Source: the human T2T-CHM13v2.0 reference genome, Homo sapiens
NCBI RefSeq assembly: GCF_009914755.1
Contig: NC_060925.1
DNA: 64,000 nucleotides
Direction: 5' to 3' (one strand)
Part shown: piece after piece, positions 19,286 to 52,557 of the stretch
How the letters are laid out: every line of letters begins with the position of its first letter
How positions within the stretch are numbered: position 1 is the first letter of the stretch
Program-made: the position numbers and the translations under genes
The notes under the pieces: generated by a model
Database searches by the model: none
What the model was told of the DNA's origin: nothing
Seen by the model: only the letters and a program-made list of their open reading frames with translations

Positions 19286-19897
19286 GCTGTCCTCAATGCG
19301 TCTCCACTTTTGGGTAATGCCACTGATTGTCTGTTGAAGTTGAGAAGGGAAATGCCGCAACCACAAGGACAACCCCATTTAAACAGGCACAGAATTCAGC
19401 TTACCACCAGACTCTGACAACGCTTCCCTTCCCTCTGGGCCTTCGCATTGGCTTCATTCCCTTGCAGTGCAAGCTGTGCTCCACCCACCTTGGTTAGAAT
19501 CCACAGTTCAGGAGCTGGAGCTTTTGGAAGAATAAGAAAGAGGCAGTCTTGGCAGTCCTTGCTTTTTTTCTTTCCTTTTTTTGTTTTTTGTTTTTTTTGG
19601 TTTTGGTTTTGGTTTGTTTTATATGAAATGTCTTTTAGGAGAAGTAGTTTCCCTTACATTAGCCGCCTTTCCCTTGGGTTCTCCACCCTCCCCCTCACTT
19701 CCCTATGGTTTAAAAAATGTCTTTCATTAATTGAGTCTTGCTAGAGACTCATATTAGGCCCCAGTTTCAGGTCAAAACAGCTTCCTGGCAGGTCATTTAC
19801 ATTCTGAGCTTTCATATCTGAGACAACTCCTTCCTGCAGCTCTCATCCAGGTGCACGACGAAGTTCCCCAACCCTCTTTTAAAATATCACAGGGAGG

Positions 19898-30870
<10,973 letters not shown>

Positions 30871-31033
30871 CAAAAGCTACTGTTAACACTTTGGTAGGGC
30901 AAAGGAGACCCAACACAGGGCGCAGGTTACCCTTCCTATGAGAATAGAGAGGACAGTCTTTTTTCTTTGGCTAAGGAGAGCACAGCAGGAAAAAACATTA
31001 GCTGCTGATTTTTTCCTCCATGGCCCATCCTAT

Positions 31034-31996
<963 letters not shown>

Positions 31997-32698
31997 CCGT
32001 CACACATTTATGTCCCAAATTCACAGCAGCAAGGAGCACCTAAGAGACCTTTTCAGATGGCCCAATTAACTCCTGTGGTCAGGCACTGTGCTAAATGCCA
32101 GATATGCAATAAATAAAACATAGCCCCTGCCCTCAGGTTCTCAAAGTCTACTTGGGGAGACAAACATTTAAACAAATAACTCCAGCGACTTGAGAGATGC
32201 TCTCACAAAGATGCATGCACAGTGTGATGGGGGCACAGAAGAGGAAACCCAGGTCTCAGAAGGGAAAGGCTCACAGAGGTGGTGGTACTTGGGGCACATT
32301 TTTTAAAATAATAATTTTGGTTTATTTTTGTTGTTGTTTCAGAGACAGAGTCTTGCTCTGTCACCCAGGCTGGAGTGCAGTGGTGCAATCATAGCTAATC
32401 ATAGCTCACTACAGCCTCAAATTCCTGGGTTTGAACAAACCTCTTGCCTCAGCCTCCCCAGTAGCTGAGACTACAGGTGTTTGCCACCATGCCTGGCTAA
32501 ATTTTACAAAAAAATTTTTAGGCCAGGCACGGTGGCTCACACCTGTAATCCCAGCACTTTGGAAGGCCGAGGTGGGCGGATCACAAGGTCAGGAGTTCGA
32601 GACCAGCCTGGCCAACATAGTGAAACCCCATCTCTACTAAAAATACAAAAAAAAATTAGCTGGGCATGATGGTGTGCGCCTGTAATCCTAGCTACTCA

Positions 32699-33191
<493 letters not shown>

Positions 33192-33194
33192 TCA

Positions 33195-33927
<733 letters not shown>

Positions 33928-34020
33928 TCAAAAAAAAGAAAAATTAACTAAATTAAATTAAGGAACTCAGTGGGGTGTGGTGGCTCATGCCTGTAACCCC
34001 AGCACTTGGGAGGCTGAAGC

Positions 34021-34878
<858 letters not shown>

Positions 34879-36215
34879 AAGTGGGTGGATTGCTTGAGCC
34901 CAGGAGTTCGAGACTAGCCTGGGCAACATGACGAAACCTTGTCTCTGCAAAAAAATACAAAAATTAGCCAAGCATGATGGTGCACGCCTGTAGTCCTAGG
35001 TATTCAGGAGGCTCAGGTGACTGCTCCACTGCACTCCAGCCTGGGTGACACAGTGAGACTCTGGAAAAAAAAAAGAGAGAGAGAAAGAAAGAAAGAAAAG
35101 AAAGAAAGAAAGAAGAAATAAAACAGAAGGAACTCGCATAAAGGCCCAGAATACAAAAGTGACAATGAACTGGGTCTGCTTGGAATGCAGTGTGCAGCTG
35201 CAAGACGGCAGCACGCCTGACTGGCCACTTTGCAGTAAGGACTGTCTGTTTTAGGTACAAATCCAATGCCTAGTGCAATGCCGTGGGAGATGTCCCATCA
35301 ATATGTATTTAAAGCATAAAGTAATACCTGGGAGGCAGGCAAGTAAGCATCAAGAAAAGAGAAAGGCTAAAGGGGGCCATTAAGAATAAAGAAATGAGTT
35401 AGTGTCATAATAGCATAATAGCAGCCCCATTTAATGAGCTCTTAAATACGCCTAGTCCTAAACCAAGCATTTTTCATTGTTGGCCCAATTAATTCTCACA
35501 ACATTACATAAGTAGTAGTATTATTGTCATTTTACAGCCAAGGAAACACCCAAAAAGATTAGATGAACTGCTAAGGTCAGCCAGGTAGTAATTTAGAACT
35601 TGAACTCAGGTTGATGTTTTGAACATGTGCTTTCTGCCTTCACAAAGAGAACTTCTGGAAAGTTTCTGGTGTTAGCAACATCATGAAAATAACACATAGT
35701 TCCCCCATCCCCACCAAGGGACTTTGTGGACTTAGATACATAAATTATTTCTATTTAAAACCAATCTTAAGCCAAGTGCTGTGGCTCATACCTGTAATCC
35801 CAGCACTTTGGGAAGCCTAGGCAGCTGGACCACTTGAGCTCAGGAGTTGAAGACTAGCCTGGCCAACAAGGCAAAACCCCGTCTCTACAAAAAATACAAA
35901 AATCAGCCAGGCATGGTGGCATGTGCCTGTAATCCCAGCTACTTAGGAGACTGAAGAAGGAGAATCACTTGAATCCAGAAAGTGGAGTTTGCAGTGAGCC
36001 TAGATCATGCCACTGCATTCCAGCCTGGGCGACACAATGAGACTCTGCCTCAAATAAATAAATAAATAAAACCAGTTTAGGGCCAGGGGCGGTGGCTCAC
36101 ACCTGTAATCCCAGCACTTTGGGAGGCTGAGGCAGGCGGATCACCTGAGGTTGGGAGTTTGAGACCAGCCTGGCAAACATGGTGAAACTCCATCTCTACT
36201 AAACATACAAAATTA

Positions 36216-36416
<201 letters not shown>

Positions 36417-36574
36417 TCATGCCTGTAATCCCAGCAAGTTGGGAGGCTGAGGCAGGCAGATCACAAGGTCAGGGGTTCGAGACCAGCCTGGCCAACATGG
36501 CAAAACCCCATCTCTACTAAAAACACATAAATTAGCTGGGCGTGGTGGCGAGCGCTTGTAATCCTAGCTACTCA

Positions 36575-37059
<485 letters not shown>

Positions 37060-37339
37060 CTAGAGTGCAATGGTGCGACCTCGGCTCACTGCAACCTCTG
37101 CCTCCCGGGTTCAAGCAATTCTGCTTCAGCCTCCTGAATAGCTGGGATTACAGTCAGGCACAACCACGCCTGGCTAATTTTTTGTATTTTTAGTAGAGAT
37201 GGAGTTTCTCCATGTTAGTCAGGCTGGTCTCAAACTTCTGACCTCAAGTGATTCAGCCACCTCGGCCTTCCAACTTGCCGGGATTACAGGCGTGAGCCAC
37301 TGCACCTGGCCAAAAAACAGTCTTAATACTTTAGAATCC

Positions 37340-37978
37340 TGTCAGAGGCGTATGAACCAGAGCAACTCCATCTCGAATAGGGGCTGGGTAAAATGAGGCT
37401 GAGACCTATTGGGCTGCATTCCCAGACAGTTAAGGCATTCTAAGTCACAGAATGAGATAGGAGGTTGGCACAAGATATAGGACATAAAGACCTTGCTGAT
37501 AAAACAGGCTGTAGTAAAGAAGCCGGCTAACACCCACCAAAACCAACATGGCCATGAGAATGTCCTCTGGTCATCCTCACTGCCACACTCCCATCAGCAC
37601 CATGACCGTTTACAAATGCCATGGAACAACAGGAAGTTAGTCTATATGGTCTAAAAAGGGGAGGCATGAATAATCCAGCCCGTGTTTAGCATATCATCAA
37701 GAAATAACCATAAAAATGGGCAACCAGTAGCCCTTGAGGCTGCTCTGTCCGTGAAGCAGCCATTCTTTTATTCCTTTACTTTCCTAATAAAGTTGCTTTC
37801 ACTTTACTCTATGGACTCGCCCTGAATACTTCCTTGGGCAAGATCCAAGAACCCTCTCTTGGGGTCTGCATCAGGACCCCTTCCCTGTAACACCTTTCTG
37901 GCAACCACTGAAGGGACTATAGTGCAGAAACCCCCAACCCAAAGGCTAACTCTGGGTAAGTGTTGGGGTCTGGTAACA
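37340..37978 (+). mobile_element. MER41A-type LTR (37340-37892) with PBS-containing 3' extension
   Basis: TGTCAGAGGCG...CCTGTAACA, followed by TGGCAACCACTGAAGGGACT and a second GGTAACA end. Confidence 0.88.
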
Positions 37979-38391
37979 ATCATATGTAACATCCGACCCC
38001 AAAAAATCATGAAAAGTGGTTAAAACACTAGAGCAGGCTGGGTGCAGTGGCTCACACCTATAATCGCAGAATTTTGGGAGGCCAGGGTGGGCAGATCACT
38101 TGAGCCCAGGAGTTTGGACCAGCCTGGCTAACATGCTGAAACCTCATTTCTACTAAAAATACAAAAATTAGCCATGTGTGGTGGCGTGTACCTGTAGTCC
38201 CAGCTACTTGGGAGACTGAGGCAGGAGAATGGCTTGAGCCTGGGAGGCATAGGTTGTAGTGAGCAAGAGCATGCCACTGCACTTCAGCCTGGGCAACAGG
38301 AGTGAAACCCTGTCTCAGAAAAAAACAACATCAACAACACGAGAGCAATCGGATTTAAAACATACACTCCTTGGCCAGGTGCGGTGGCTCA

Positions 38392-38651
<260 letters not shown>

Positions 38652-39894
38652 TCAAAAAAACAACAACAACAACAAAATACACCCCATTTCCCAGGAACGA
38701 GTGTTTTTTGTTGTTGCTGTTGTTTTTTCCCCGCTATTATGATGAATCATTTCAGCTACCTACTTTTTGTTTTAGTTTGTCAGTTTGATTGGATTTTGCC
38801 CCATGGGGAAGGAAAGGAGAGCAGGATGAGGGGCACAGCCAAGGCCTGGAATCCTGGCACTCACCTGCAGTCTGAGGCAGGTAACTTGGGCAGCTGCCTC
38901 TGAGGTGGTGATTTCCCTGAGATGTGGGGGCAGGAGAGAATTGGACAACCAGAGGGAAGATTGGTCTAACTGCAGCAGATTGGGTAGATAAGATAAGTGA
39001 GGCCCTGAAATGATCACATGCAATGGAAAAGTTCTTTAAAAAAAAAAAAAATTTTTTTTTTTTAATTAGCAGTCATGGTTCTGAGGTTTGGTTCCATGTG
39101 CCCTTTCCGTGTACTGCCTTCCGAGGTCCTGATTCTCACAGTCCCTTATTGGTTCCAATGGCCCAGGACCCCAGTCCTTGCCACCAGCATGATGGATCTT
39201 GTGAGTAGTCCTAGTTCCTACTCAGACCTGATCCAAAGGAGAAGTGGGCAGAGACCCAGGTTCCAGCTCCAGCACCAGCTGCCTCTGAGCCATTTCTGCT
39301 TCCTACCAGGTGAAGCTCCTGGGAGGGAAGGGGCCCAGGACCTGGAATGATAAAGCTCCCTGGAAAGCCAGCCATGGCCAGTCTGCAGCCCCTGGGGACT
39401 CTGTGAGAGTCTGGATGCAGACAGGCCAGGGGCTGCCACCTCAGGAAAGCTGAGGACCTCAATGTCCACTGGGAAGAGATGGGAGGGAGGCATGGTTCTA
39501 GGAGGGTACTGCTGGTCTGCCCTTCCATTCATCTGGGAATCCATTTCCTTGTGGAAAGTGCAATCAGAGAGGTTCTTCACATCCTTACAACAGTCTTAGT
39601 GGCCCCTTCTCTTTGGACTCTCCCAAGATGCAAAGAGTGTTTCCGGAGATTAGTAGGCTCAAGAAGGGAGGGGAGTTAGCAATAAATTTTGAACAATCTT
39701 CAAACACTTTGGGTAGCTCTTAAGGATGAACTTGTTCAGCTTCTGAGACAGGTGTGTGACAAGTAAGACTGTGACTGATCTTCAGAAGAGCCCTGAGAAC
39801 AGGAGATCACCAGCAGCCAGGAGCTGTGGAAGGTTGCCTTGGGGGAGCAGGGGTCCTGCTAACCCAGCATAACTTCTATTCTTAAGGTAGTACC

Positions 39895-40090
39895 CAGAGC
39901 AGAGGTTCCCAAAACATGAAACACAGATGAGCTCCATCAAAATCACCTGAAAGCTCCATCAAATTCACCTGGAAAGCATCGATAGCCAAAGCCTGCCCCC
40001 TCTGCAGCCTCCACCCACTGAATCAGAAGAGGGTCCCGGAGATCTGCATTTCACTCTAAAAGGCAACCTCCAGTGCTCCTTAGACTTGCT
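39895..40090. mobile_element. MER5A-like hAT fragment just upstream of the LAX1 promoter
   Basis: CATCAAAATCACCTG...ACTGAATCAGAA...ATCTGCATTT motifs, with an internal ~22-bp tandem duplication (AGCTCCATCAAAATCACCTGAA). Confidence 0.6.
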
Positions 40091-40199
40091 TAGAAAATAC
40101 TGTAAATCTGAAGACTTATACAACTCTAAGTGTCTCAGAAACTCAGGGTGAAGAATCACAAGTTCTCTACTACCCTGCCCCATTTTTAATCACACTCAT

Positions 40200-40400
40200 C
40201 ACAGACCACAGAGCACCTGGCAAACCCAGGAACGGTGGGTTGAAGATATGTTTTCTTCTAGCAGATTAAGAGCTGAGCAGAGTTTCCTGTGCCCTGTGCT
40301 TCATTAGCACATTGGTGGTGTCGTTTCCGGTGACTGACTCTCTGTTTCCATTCTGGCAAAGTGGTTTGCTCTTTTCACTCTGCTTTGGGTGTTGAAGGAA
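40200..40400 (+). promoter_or_regulatory. LAX1: LAX1 TATA-less promoter / TSS region
   Basis: Unique sequence upstream of the first coding exon, with RUNX ACCACA (40205-40210), ETS TTCCGG (~40325) and a mild CpG increase. TSS position inferred. Confidence 0.55.
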
Positions 40401-40536
40401 GACGAGCTTCTCACGGAGCCTCTCTTGAGCCTCTTGGCAGTTTCCCCCTCTGTGCCCCTCACGTTTCCACCAGAAACGTGAAGGCAGAGGCCACAGATTC
40501 TCCCTGAGCCACCTCACTTGGAAGCACCATGTCCGG

Positions 40537-40577
40537 ATGAGATCGCACTTCCTGCAGTGGGCATTAGCCACGTCCAG
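40537..40577 (+). CDS. LAX1: LAX1 alternative first coding segment (shorter 382-aa isoform, MRSHFLQWALATSR-)
   Basis: ATG at 40537 and CAG|gtaga donor after 41 nt. Same phase 2 as the main exon 1 donor, so it joins exon 2 in frame. Confidence 0.7.
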
Positions 40578-40759
40578 GTAGAACCAAACCTGTTGCTTTT
40601 GTATGTTGGGTCAACTTGGCCTGACGTTTCAGAGGTAGACACGAGATAGGGAGTTTGTTGCGGGGGTGGGGAGAAGTGGTAGACATGCTGGCTAACTGAT
40701 TATGATTAAGAGAAACTTAGAAGCTGAAGCCAGAGAGCATCTCAAAGGTTCCTGATACA

Positions 40760-40848
40760 ATGGATGGTGTCACTCCAACCCTTTCGACAATCAGAGGGAG
40801 GACCTTGGAGTCCAGCACTCTGCATGTGACTCCCCGCAGCCTGGACAG
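40760..40848 (+). CDS. LAX1: LAX1 exon 1 coding part (extracellular N-terminus)
   Basis: acaATGG Kozak. MDGVTPTLSTIRGRTLESSTLHVTPRSLDR. AG|gtgagt donor, 89 nt. Confidence 0.93.
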
Positions 40849-41804
40849 GTGAGTGACTCAGGGTGGTGAGCTCCACCCTGCCCTGATTTAGGCAGAAGGT
40901 CCTAGTCCACCCTTAGGAGCTTCTTACACAGCAGTGCTGCCACCTCTCAACACCCAGGCTCGGTCTACTAAACCACCAAACTCTAGGCTTGGAGGCATTT
41001 GCTCAGGGGTGCTAGGGGGAAAGGAAGGTATTGAGGAAAGAAAGAAAATATTGTGGTAGAGGAAAAACTGTGATAACACTGGCCCTTAAAGCTAGTTGCT
41101 TAGACTGGTTGGATTTCTCACCTCTCGGAGGCCCTGAACCCTATCATCAGTCTTTCCTAGGTGTCACCATGACAGAAACAAAAGGCTGAGTTTTCCAAGG
41201 ATGTGTTTTGAGATCCAAAAACTTGTCATGAATAAAAAATGTAGTGATAGATGTAATAAAGATACGTCCTTAGGACGTAAAATCTTACAGAACTAATCAT
41301 GGGTATGAATTACTGCTACTACTTTCAATCTCATACAAACAAAATTAAAAATCCATCCACAGTTGAAACTTTAAAAACATTGGCAGCTGACTGGGCGCGG
41401 TGGCTCACACCTGTAACCCCAGCACTTTGGGAGGCCGAGTGGGGCGGATCACCCCCACTCTTGAACCAGCCTGGCCAAGACCAGCCTGGCCAACATGGTG
41501 AAACCCCGTTTCTACTAAAAATACAAAAATTAGCCGGGAGTGGTAGCATGCTCCTGTAGTCCCAGCTACTCAGGAGGCTGAGGCAGGAGAATCACTTGAA
41601 CCCGGGAAACAGAGGTTGCAGTGTCATGTCATTGTACTCCAGCCTGGGCAACAAAAGCGAAACTCTGTCTCAAAAAATAAAATAAAATTGCAGTCGTTTG
41701 GGGAAATAAATGTTATTATCATGGCAAACACATGTCACTTGCTGGTAGATATGAGCATCAATGAGCAATGAATCAGAAGCCTGAAGCATCTCTCCAAAAC
41801 TATT

Positions 41805-42865
<1,061 letters not shown>

Positions 42866-42889
42866 CTTAAAACTATTTCTATATTAATT

Positions 42890-44690
<1,801 letters not shown>

Positions 44691-45616
44691 TCAAGGGGAC
44701 AAAAACCTTCCCTGTTAAATGCCCTGGTTTCTAATAATTGGGGGTAGCACGTCAGTTCCTGATTCCCGCTGTAACTTCAGTTGGCAGCTTCCTGTTGCAT
44801 TAGGCATAGCCATCTGGGGTTGTAATCATCTGGATGCATTTCAACACCCAAGCAAAACCGAGCAGTGACGCCAGCCCTGCCAGGGAATTGCAAGGTAGCA
44901 CAGAACATGAATTGGTTAAACTTCACACAACAGCAGTGTGTTGCTTGGAGACCAGCTCCACAAATTGGTGCGGGGGGGGGGGGGGCGGCGGGGGGTGGGG
45001 GGTGTTATTCAAGTTCATGCAAGCTGGACTCTGTCACAGAGCCACTCCTTAACTGTACGTTGGCTAATCCTCTCCTCCAAGCAAGCCAGGAAGCCCACGA
45101 GTAGGGAACAAGAAGGGGCAAGGCCAAATGACTTTGACTTTGCAGGTTTGGAGGACAGTGTGGCAGAGTGGAAAGAGCATGGTCTTTGGACGCAAACAGA
45201 CCTAGATTCATATTCCTTCTCTGCTCCTTCCTACCTAGGTGATCTCTGACATGTTACTTTACCTTTCTGAGTCTAAAGCTCAGGTTACTTGGCCACAAAG
45301 TGTGATAGGATTGTTAAAGATTAAATAAGTTTCACAGGCCGGGCACGGTGGCTCACACCTGTAATTCCAGCACTTTGGGAGGCCAAGGCGGGCAGATGAC
45401 AAGGTCAAGAGATTGAGACCATCCTGGCCAATGTGGTGAAACCCCGCCTCTATTAAAAATACAAAAATTAGCTGGGCCTCATGGCACGCTCCTGTAATCC
45501 CAGCTACTCTGGAGGCTGAGGCAGGAGAATGGCTTGAACCCAGGAGGCGGAGGTTGCAGCGAGCTGAGATTGCACTCCACTGCACTCCAGCCTGGGCGAC
45601 AGAGAAAGACTCCATC

Positions 45617-45617
45617 A

Positions 45618-45671
<54 letters not shown>

Positions 45672-45691
45672 GGAAGGAAGGAAGGAAGGAA

Positions 45692-45761
<70 letters not shown>

Positions 45762-45762
45762 G
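45617..45762 (+). repeat. Compound (AAAG)n(AG)n(GGAA)n(AAAG)n microsatellite in an Alu tail
   Basis: Direct reading of the sequence. The Alu sits in a MIR with TSD AATAAGTTTCACA. Confidence 0.93.
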
Positions 45763-46018
45763 ATTAATAAGTTTCACATGTGAATCCCTGGCACCCGGTA
45801 GGCATTTGAAAGGAATAGTTCCCTTCTCCCCTGTCCAAGTCCCCTCTCTCCATAAAGTCAATATTCAGAGATAACCCTCTCTTCCACCACACCCCACCTG
45901 GGCTTTCCTTCACTCGGCTCCCATTCCAAATCTTCAGGCTCTAACTCCAAAAGGAAATGTCTCCTCCAGCCTCTCCACCCTCCTACAGCTAGCACATGTC
46001 ATTCGATTGTTTTTCTAG

Positions 46019-46128
46019 AAATAAAGACCAGATCACCAACATCTTTTCCGGGTTTGCGGGACTCCTCGCCATCCTCCTGGTCGTTGCGGTTTTCTGCATC
46101 TTGTGGAATTGGAATAAACGGAAGAAGC
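46019..46128 (+). CDS. LAX1: LAX1 exon 2 (transmembrane helix and basic stop-transfer)
   Basis: ttttctag acceptor, C|gtgagt donor. NKDQITNIFSGFAGLLAILLVVAVFCILWNWNKRKK, 110 nt. Confidence 0.95.
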
Positions 46129-46557
46129 GTGAGTCCCTTGTTTGTCCTGAGTTGAGACACAGTAGGATTATTAATCTAGGCTGGAATTTAAAGCCCAGCT
46201 TATTTACCAGGGATAAACTATTGGCCTGGGGAGTCCTCAGTTCTTACCCGATACATTGGCCATTGCCTCACTCAAGATCCTGAACTGTGGCTCCAAAAGC
46301 CCAGTGCTGATGGAGTTCCCCTGGGAAAGACATTGCCCTGGTGCCCCTGTGTCCAGTTTCCTCTTTACGTTCTGTCCATCAAGTCCCCTGTTCCTCTCAC
46401 TCAAATGAAAATTCCTGTAGCTTGAGTCTGAAAGGGTATTTTTGTGAGAACTGGCAAGGATGGGGAGCATTTTCAGGGGCCATCTCATTCCCATGAGTCT
46501 CTTCACTCTGTGCAGCTGACCCCCGCCATGACTCCCATCTCTCTCATTGCCTTGCAG

Positions 46558-46668
46558 GACAAGTTCCTTACCTCCGAGTTACCGTCATGCCCTTGCTGAC
46601 TTTGCCACAAACCAGACAAAGAGCCAAAAATATTTATGACATCTTGCCTTGGCGACAGGAAGACCTGG
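46558..46668 (+). CDS. LAX1: LAX1 exon 3
   Basis: ttgcag acceptor, G|gtaggt donor. QVPYLRVTVMPLLTLPQTRQRAKNIYDILPWRQEDL, 111 nt, phases consistent. Confidence 0.95.
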
Positions 46669-47258
46669 GTAGGTTTTTCCTTCTAATCTATGGAGTCCAG
46701 ATATTCGAACTTCTACTCCCAGAATGTGCCTCTCACCCTCCAGAAGCAATTTTCTTTAAGTTCTCAAACCTGTTTGCCCTTCAGAGAGTATCAGGGAGAA
46801 TGGGATAGATAGACTGTCAGCTGCAACTCCAGGGGGGTCTGGAGGGCTCCAAAAAGGGAGCAGAGGGTCATCTGGGCTGGGAGTTTTGTTTTTTCTTAAT
46901 GTTAAGGCAACAGAAGAAAGCCAAGTGTGTCCAGGCATAGGGAAGACACCAAGGAAGAGAACTCGGTGCCAGCATCACAGGCAGAGGATGGGGCAGGGAG
47001 GAGGTTCTCACACAGGAGCTTGTTTCTCAGCCTCCCAACCCCTGTGATAGCATCCTCCAGTGCCACAGAAGCTGAGGGGCTTCCGGTTCTCAGAGTGTCA
47101 TCCCCATAACTCTGACCTCAGAACATGAGAGAACACCAGACCCAAGGCTGGAAATTCCAGACACCACGCAAACCCGCTTCATCCATGATGCAGGGATTAT
47201 TTGGACTGAAGCACTCAGAGGACTGGCTATCTTCAGGATTTGTTCTCTGTCCTTTCAG

Positions 47259-47338
47259 GGAGACATGAGTCGAGGAGTATGCGCATTTTCAGTACTGAGA
47301 GCCTCCTCTCCAGAAATTCTGAGAGCCCGGAGCATGTG
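47259..47338 (+). CDS. LAX1: LAX1 exon 4
   Basis: tttcag acceptor, GTG|gtaaga donor. RHESRSMRIFSTESLLSRNSESPEHV, 80 nt. Confidence 0.95.
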
Positions 47339-47475
47339 GTAAGAGTCAAGCTTCTTGGGAGAATGACATGTCTCTGGCAGAAGAACTGCGGGGAAAGAGT
47401 TATAGGGCTTAGATCTGGTTTCACTGCAAACAAACAGCATGCCCTTTGGCACTCGCCCTGCAGTCCTATTAATAA

Positions 47476-48660
<1,185 letters not shown>

Positions 48661-49060
48661 AACAAACTTATGATGTAAATATTATGATAATCTTCATTTT
48701 ATAAATTAGGAAATGAAGACACCGAGAGATTAGGTCAGGTGCTCATACTCACTTGGCACAAAGTGGTGAGGCTAGGATTTGTACCTTTAGTCTAAGCCTC
48801 ACCTTTAGCCACTATGTTGTACTGCCTCTCAGTGGGCTCTTCAGTTGATAATATTTTCGTCCCACCCGCACCCCCCCACCAATTGATTCCCATACTGTGG
48901 CCAAAAACTAGTTGTGATTTATCATCACATTTGCACTGTTGCTCTTCTTTTTTTTTTTTTTTTTTTTTTTCAAAATATGCCAGTGGTATTTTCCAAGAAG
49001 AAAGGCTTTGTCCATATTTCTGCTTGCATCTGACCACTGGCTTCCTTTTCTTCTTCATAG

Positions 49061-49867
49061 CCCTCCCAAGCAGGCAATGCCTTCCAGGAGCATACAGCCC
49101 ACATCCATGCCACAGAGTACGCGGTGGGTATCTATGACAACGCCATGGTCCCCCAGATGTGTGGGAACCTCACTCCCTCAGCACACTGCATCAATGTCAG
49201 AGCTTCCAGAGACTGCGCAAGCATTTCTTCAGAGGATTCGCATGATTATGTCAATGTCCCCACAGCAGAAGAGATTGCTGAGACTCTAGCTTCTACCAAA
49301 AGCCCTTCCAGAAATCTCTTTGTTCTTCCCAGTACCCAGAAGCTGGAGTTTACTGAGGAAAGAGATGAGGGCTGTGGAGATGCTGGTGACTGCACCAGTT
49401 TGTATTCTCCAGGAGCTGAGGACAGTGATTCACTCAGCAATGGAGAAGGTTCTTCTCAGATCTCAAATGACTATGTCAACATGACAGGGTTGGATCTCAG
49501 TGCCATCCAGGAAAGGCAGCTCTGGGTGGCTTTTCAGTGCTGCAGAGACTATGAAAATGTTCCAGCAGCAGATCCCAGTGGAAGCCAGCAGCAGGCTGAG
49601 AAAGATGTGCCATCCTCAAACATAGGTCATGTCGAGGACAAGACAGATGATCCCGGGACCCATGTCCAATGTGTCAAAAGGACATTCCTTGCTTCAGGGG
49701 ATTATGCAGATTTTCAGCCATTCACACAGAGTGAGGACAGTCAGATGAAACATAGAGAAGAGATGTCAAATGAGGACTCCAGTGACTATGAAAATGTGCT
49801 AACTGCCAAGTTAGGAGGCAGGGACTCTGAGCAGGGGCCTGGCACTCAGCTCCTTCCTGATGAATGA
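49061..49867 (+). CDS. LAX1: LAX1 exon 5 (acidic cytoplasmic tail with SH2-docking tyrosines)
   Basis: ttcatag acceptor, TGA at 49865-49867. Motifs YDNA, YVNV, YVNM and YENV x2 (Grb2/Gads YxN, p85 YxxM). The five exons sum to 1197 nt = 398 aa + stop. Confidence 0.96.
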   Translation, partial: PSQAGNAFQEHTAHIHATEYAVGIYDNAMVPQMCGNLTPSAHCINVRASRDCASISSEDSHDYVNVPTAEEIAETLASTKSPSRNLFVLPSTQKLEFTEERDEGCGDAGDCTSLYSPGAEDSDSLSNGEGSSQISNDYVNMTGLDLSAIQERQLWVAFQCCRDYENVPAADPSGSQQQAEKDVPSSNIGHVEDKTDDPGTHVQCVKRTFLASGDYADFQPFTQSEDSQMKHREEMSNEDSSDYENVLTAKLGGRDSEQGPGTQLLPDE

Positions 49868-51890
<2,023 letters not shown>

Positions 51891-51894
51891 GACA

Positions 51895-52015
51895 GGTTAG
51901 TGTAAGAATTGAATTGCAGGGCACCCAACTGGTGTCCAGAAAGCTGGAAAATTGGTCAGCTGTTGGGGGGAGAAAATCCACACATCTGGTGTCAGAAGTG
52001 TCGTGAGTGAAAACA
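51895..52015. mobile_element. MER21-like LTR fragment
   Basis: AGAATTGAATTG..CACCCAACTGGTGTC...CACACATCTGGTGTCAGAAGTG resembles recalled MER21. Confidence 0.5.
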
Positions 52016-52346
52016 GACCATCACTCCACCAAGTGGCCAGCATTTAAATTCATGCCACACAGAGGGAACCATGACAGTCTGGTACTGATGACCACGCAGG
52101 GTTAGCCAGGGCAGCAGCAAGCGCATCGAAAGGACAATCCCATAGTCAAGTAAGGAGAAGTTTGTATCATATGTGAGAATGAAGCTTAAATGGACTGAAC
52201 AAAATCTTAAACATTGGCATGACAGAATTCTCATAACTAAGAGGGGATGAAAAGTTATGAGATCTAAATTAGAAGTTATGAAGACATCTGTCACCCAGTA
52301 AGGGTGGGAGGGACAACGTATCAGTTGGGGGCAGGTCCTGGAATAA

Positions 52347-52557
<211 letters not shown>

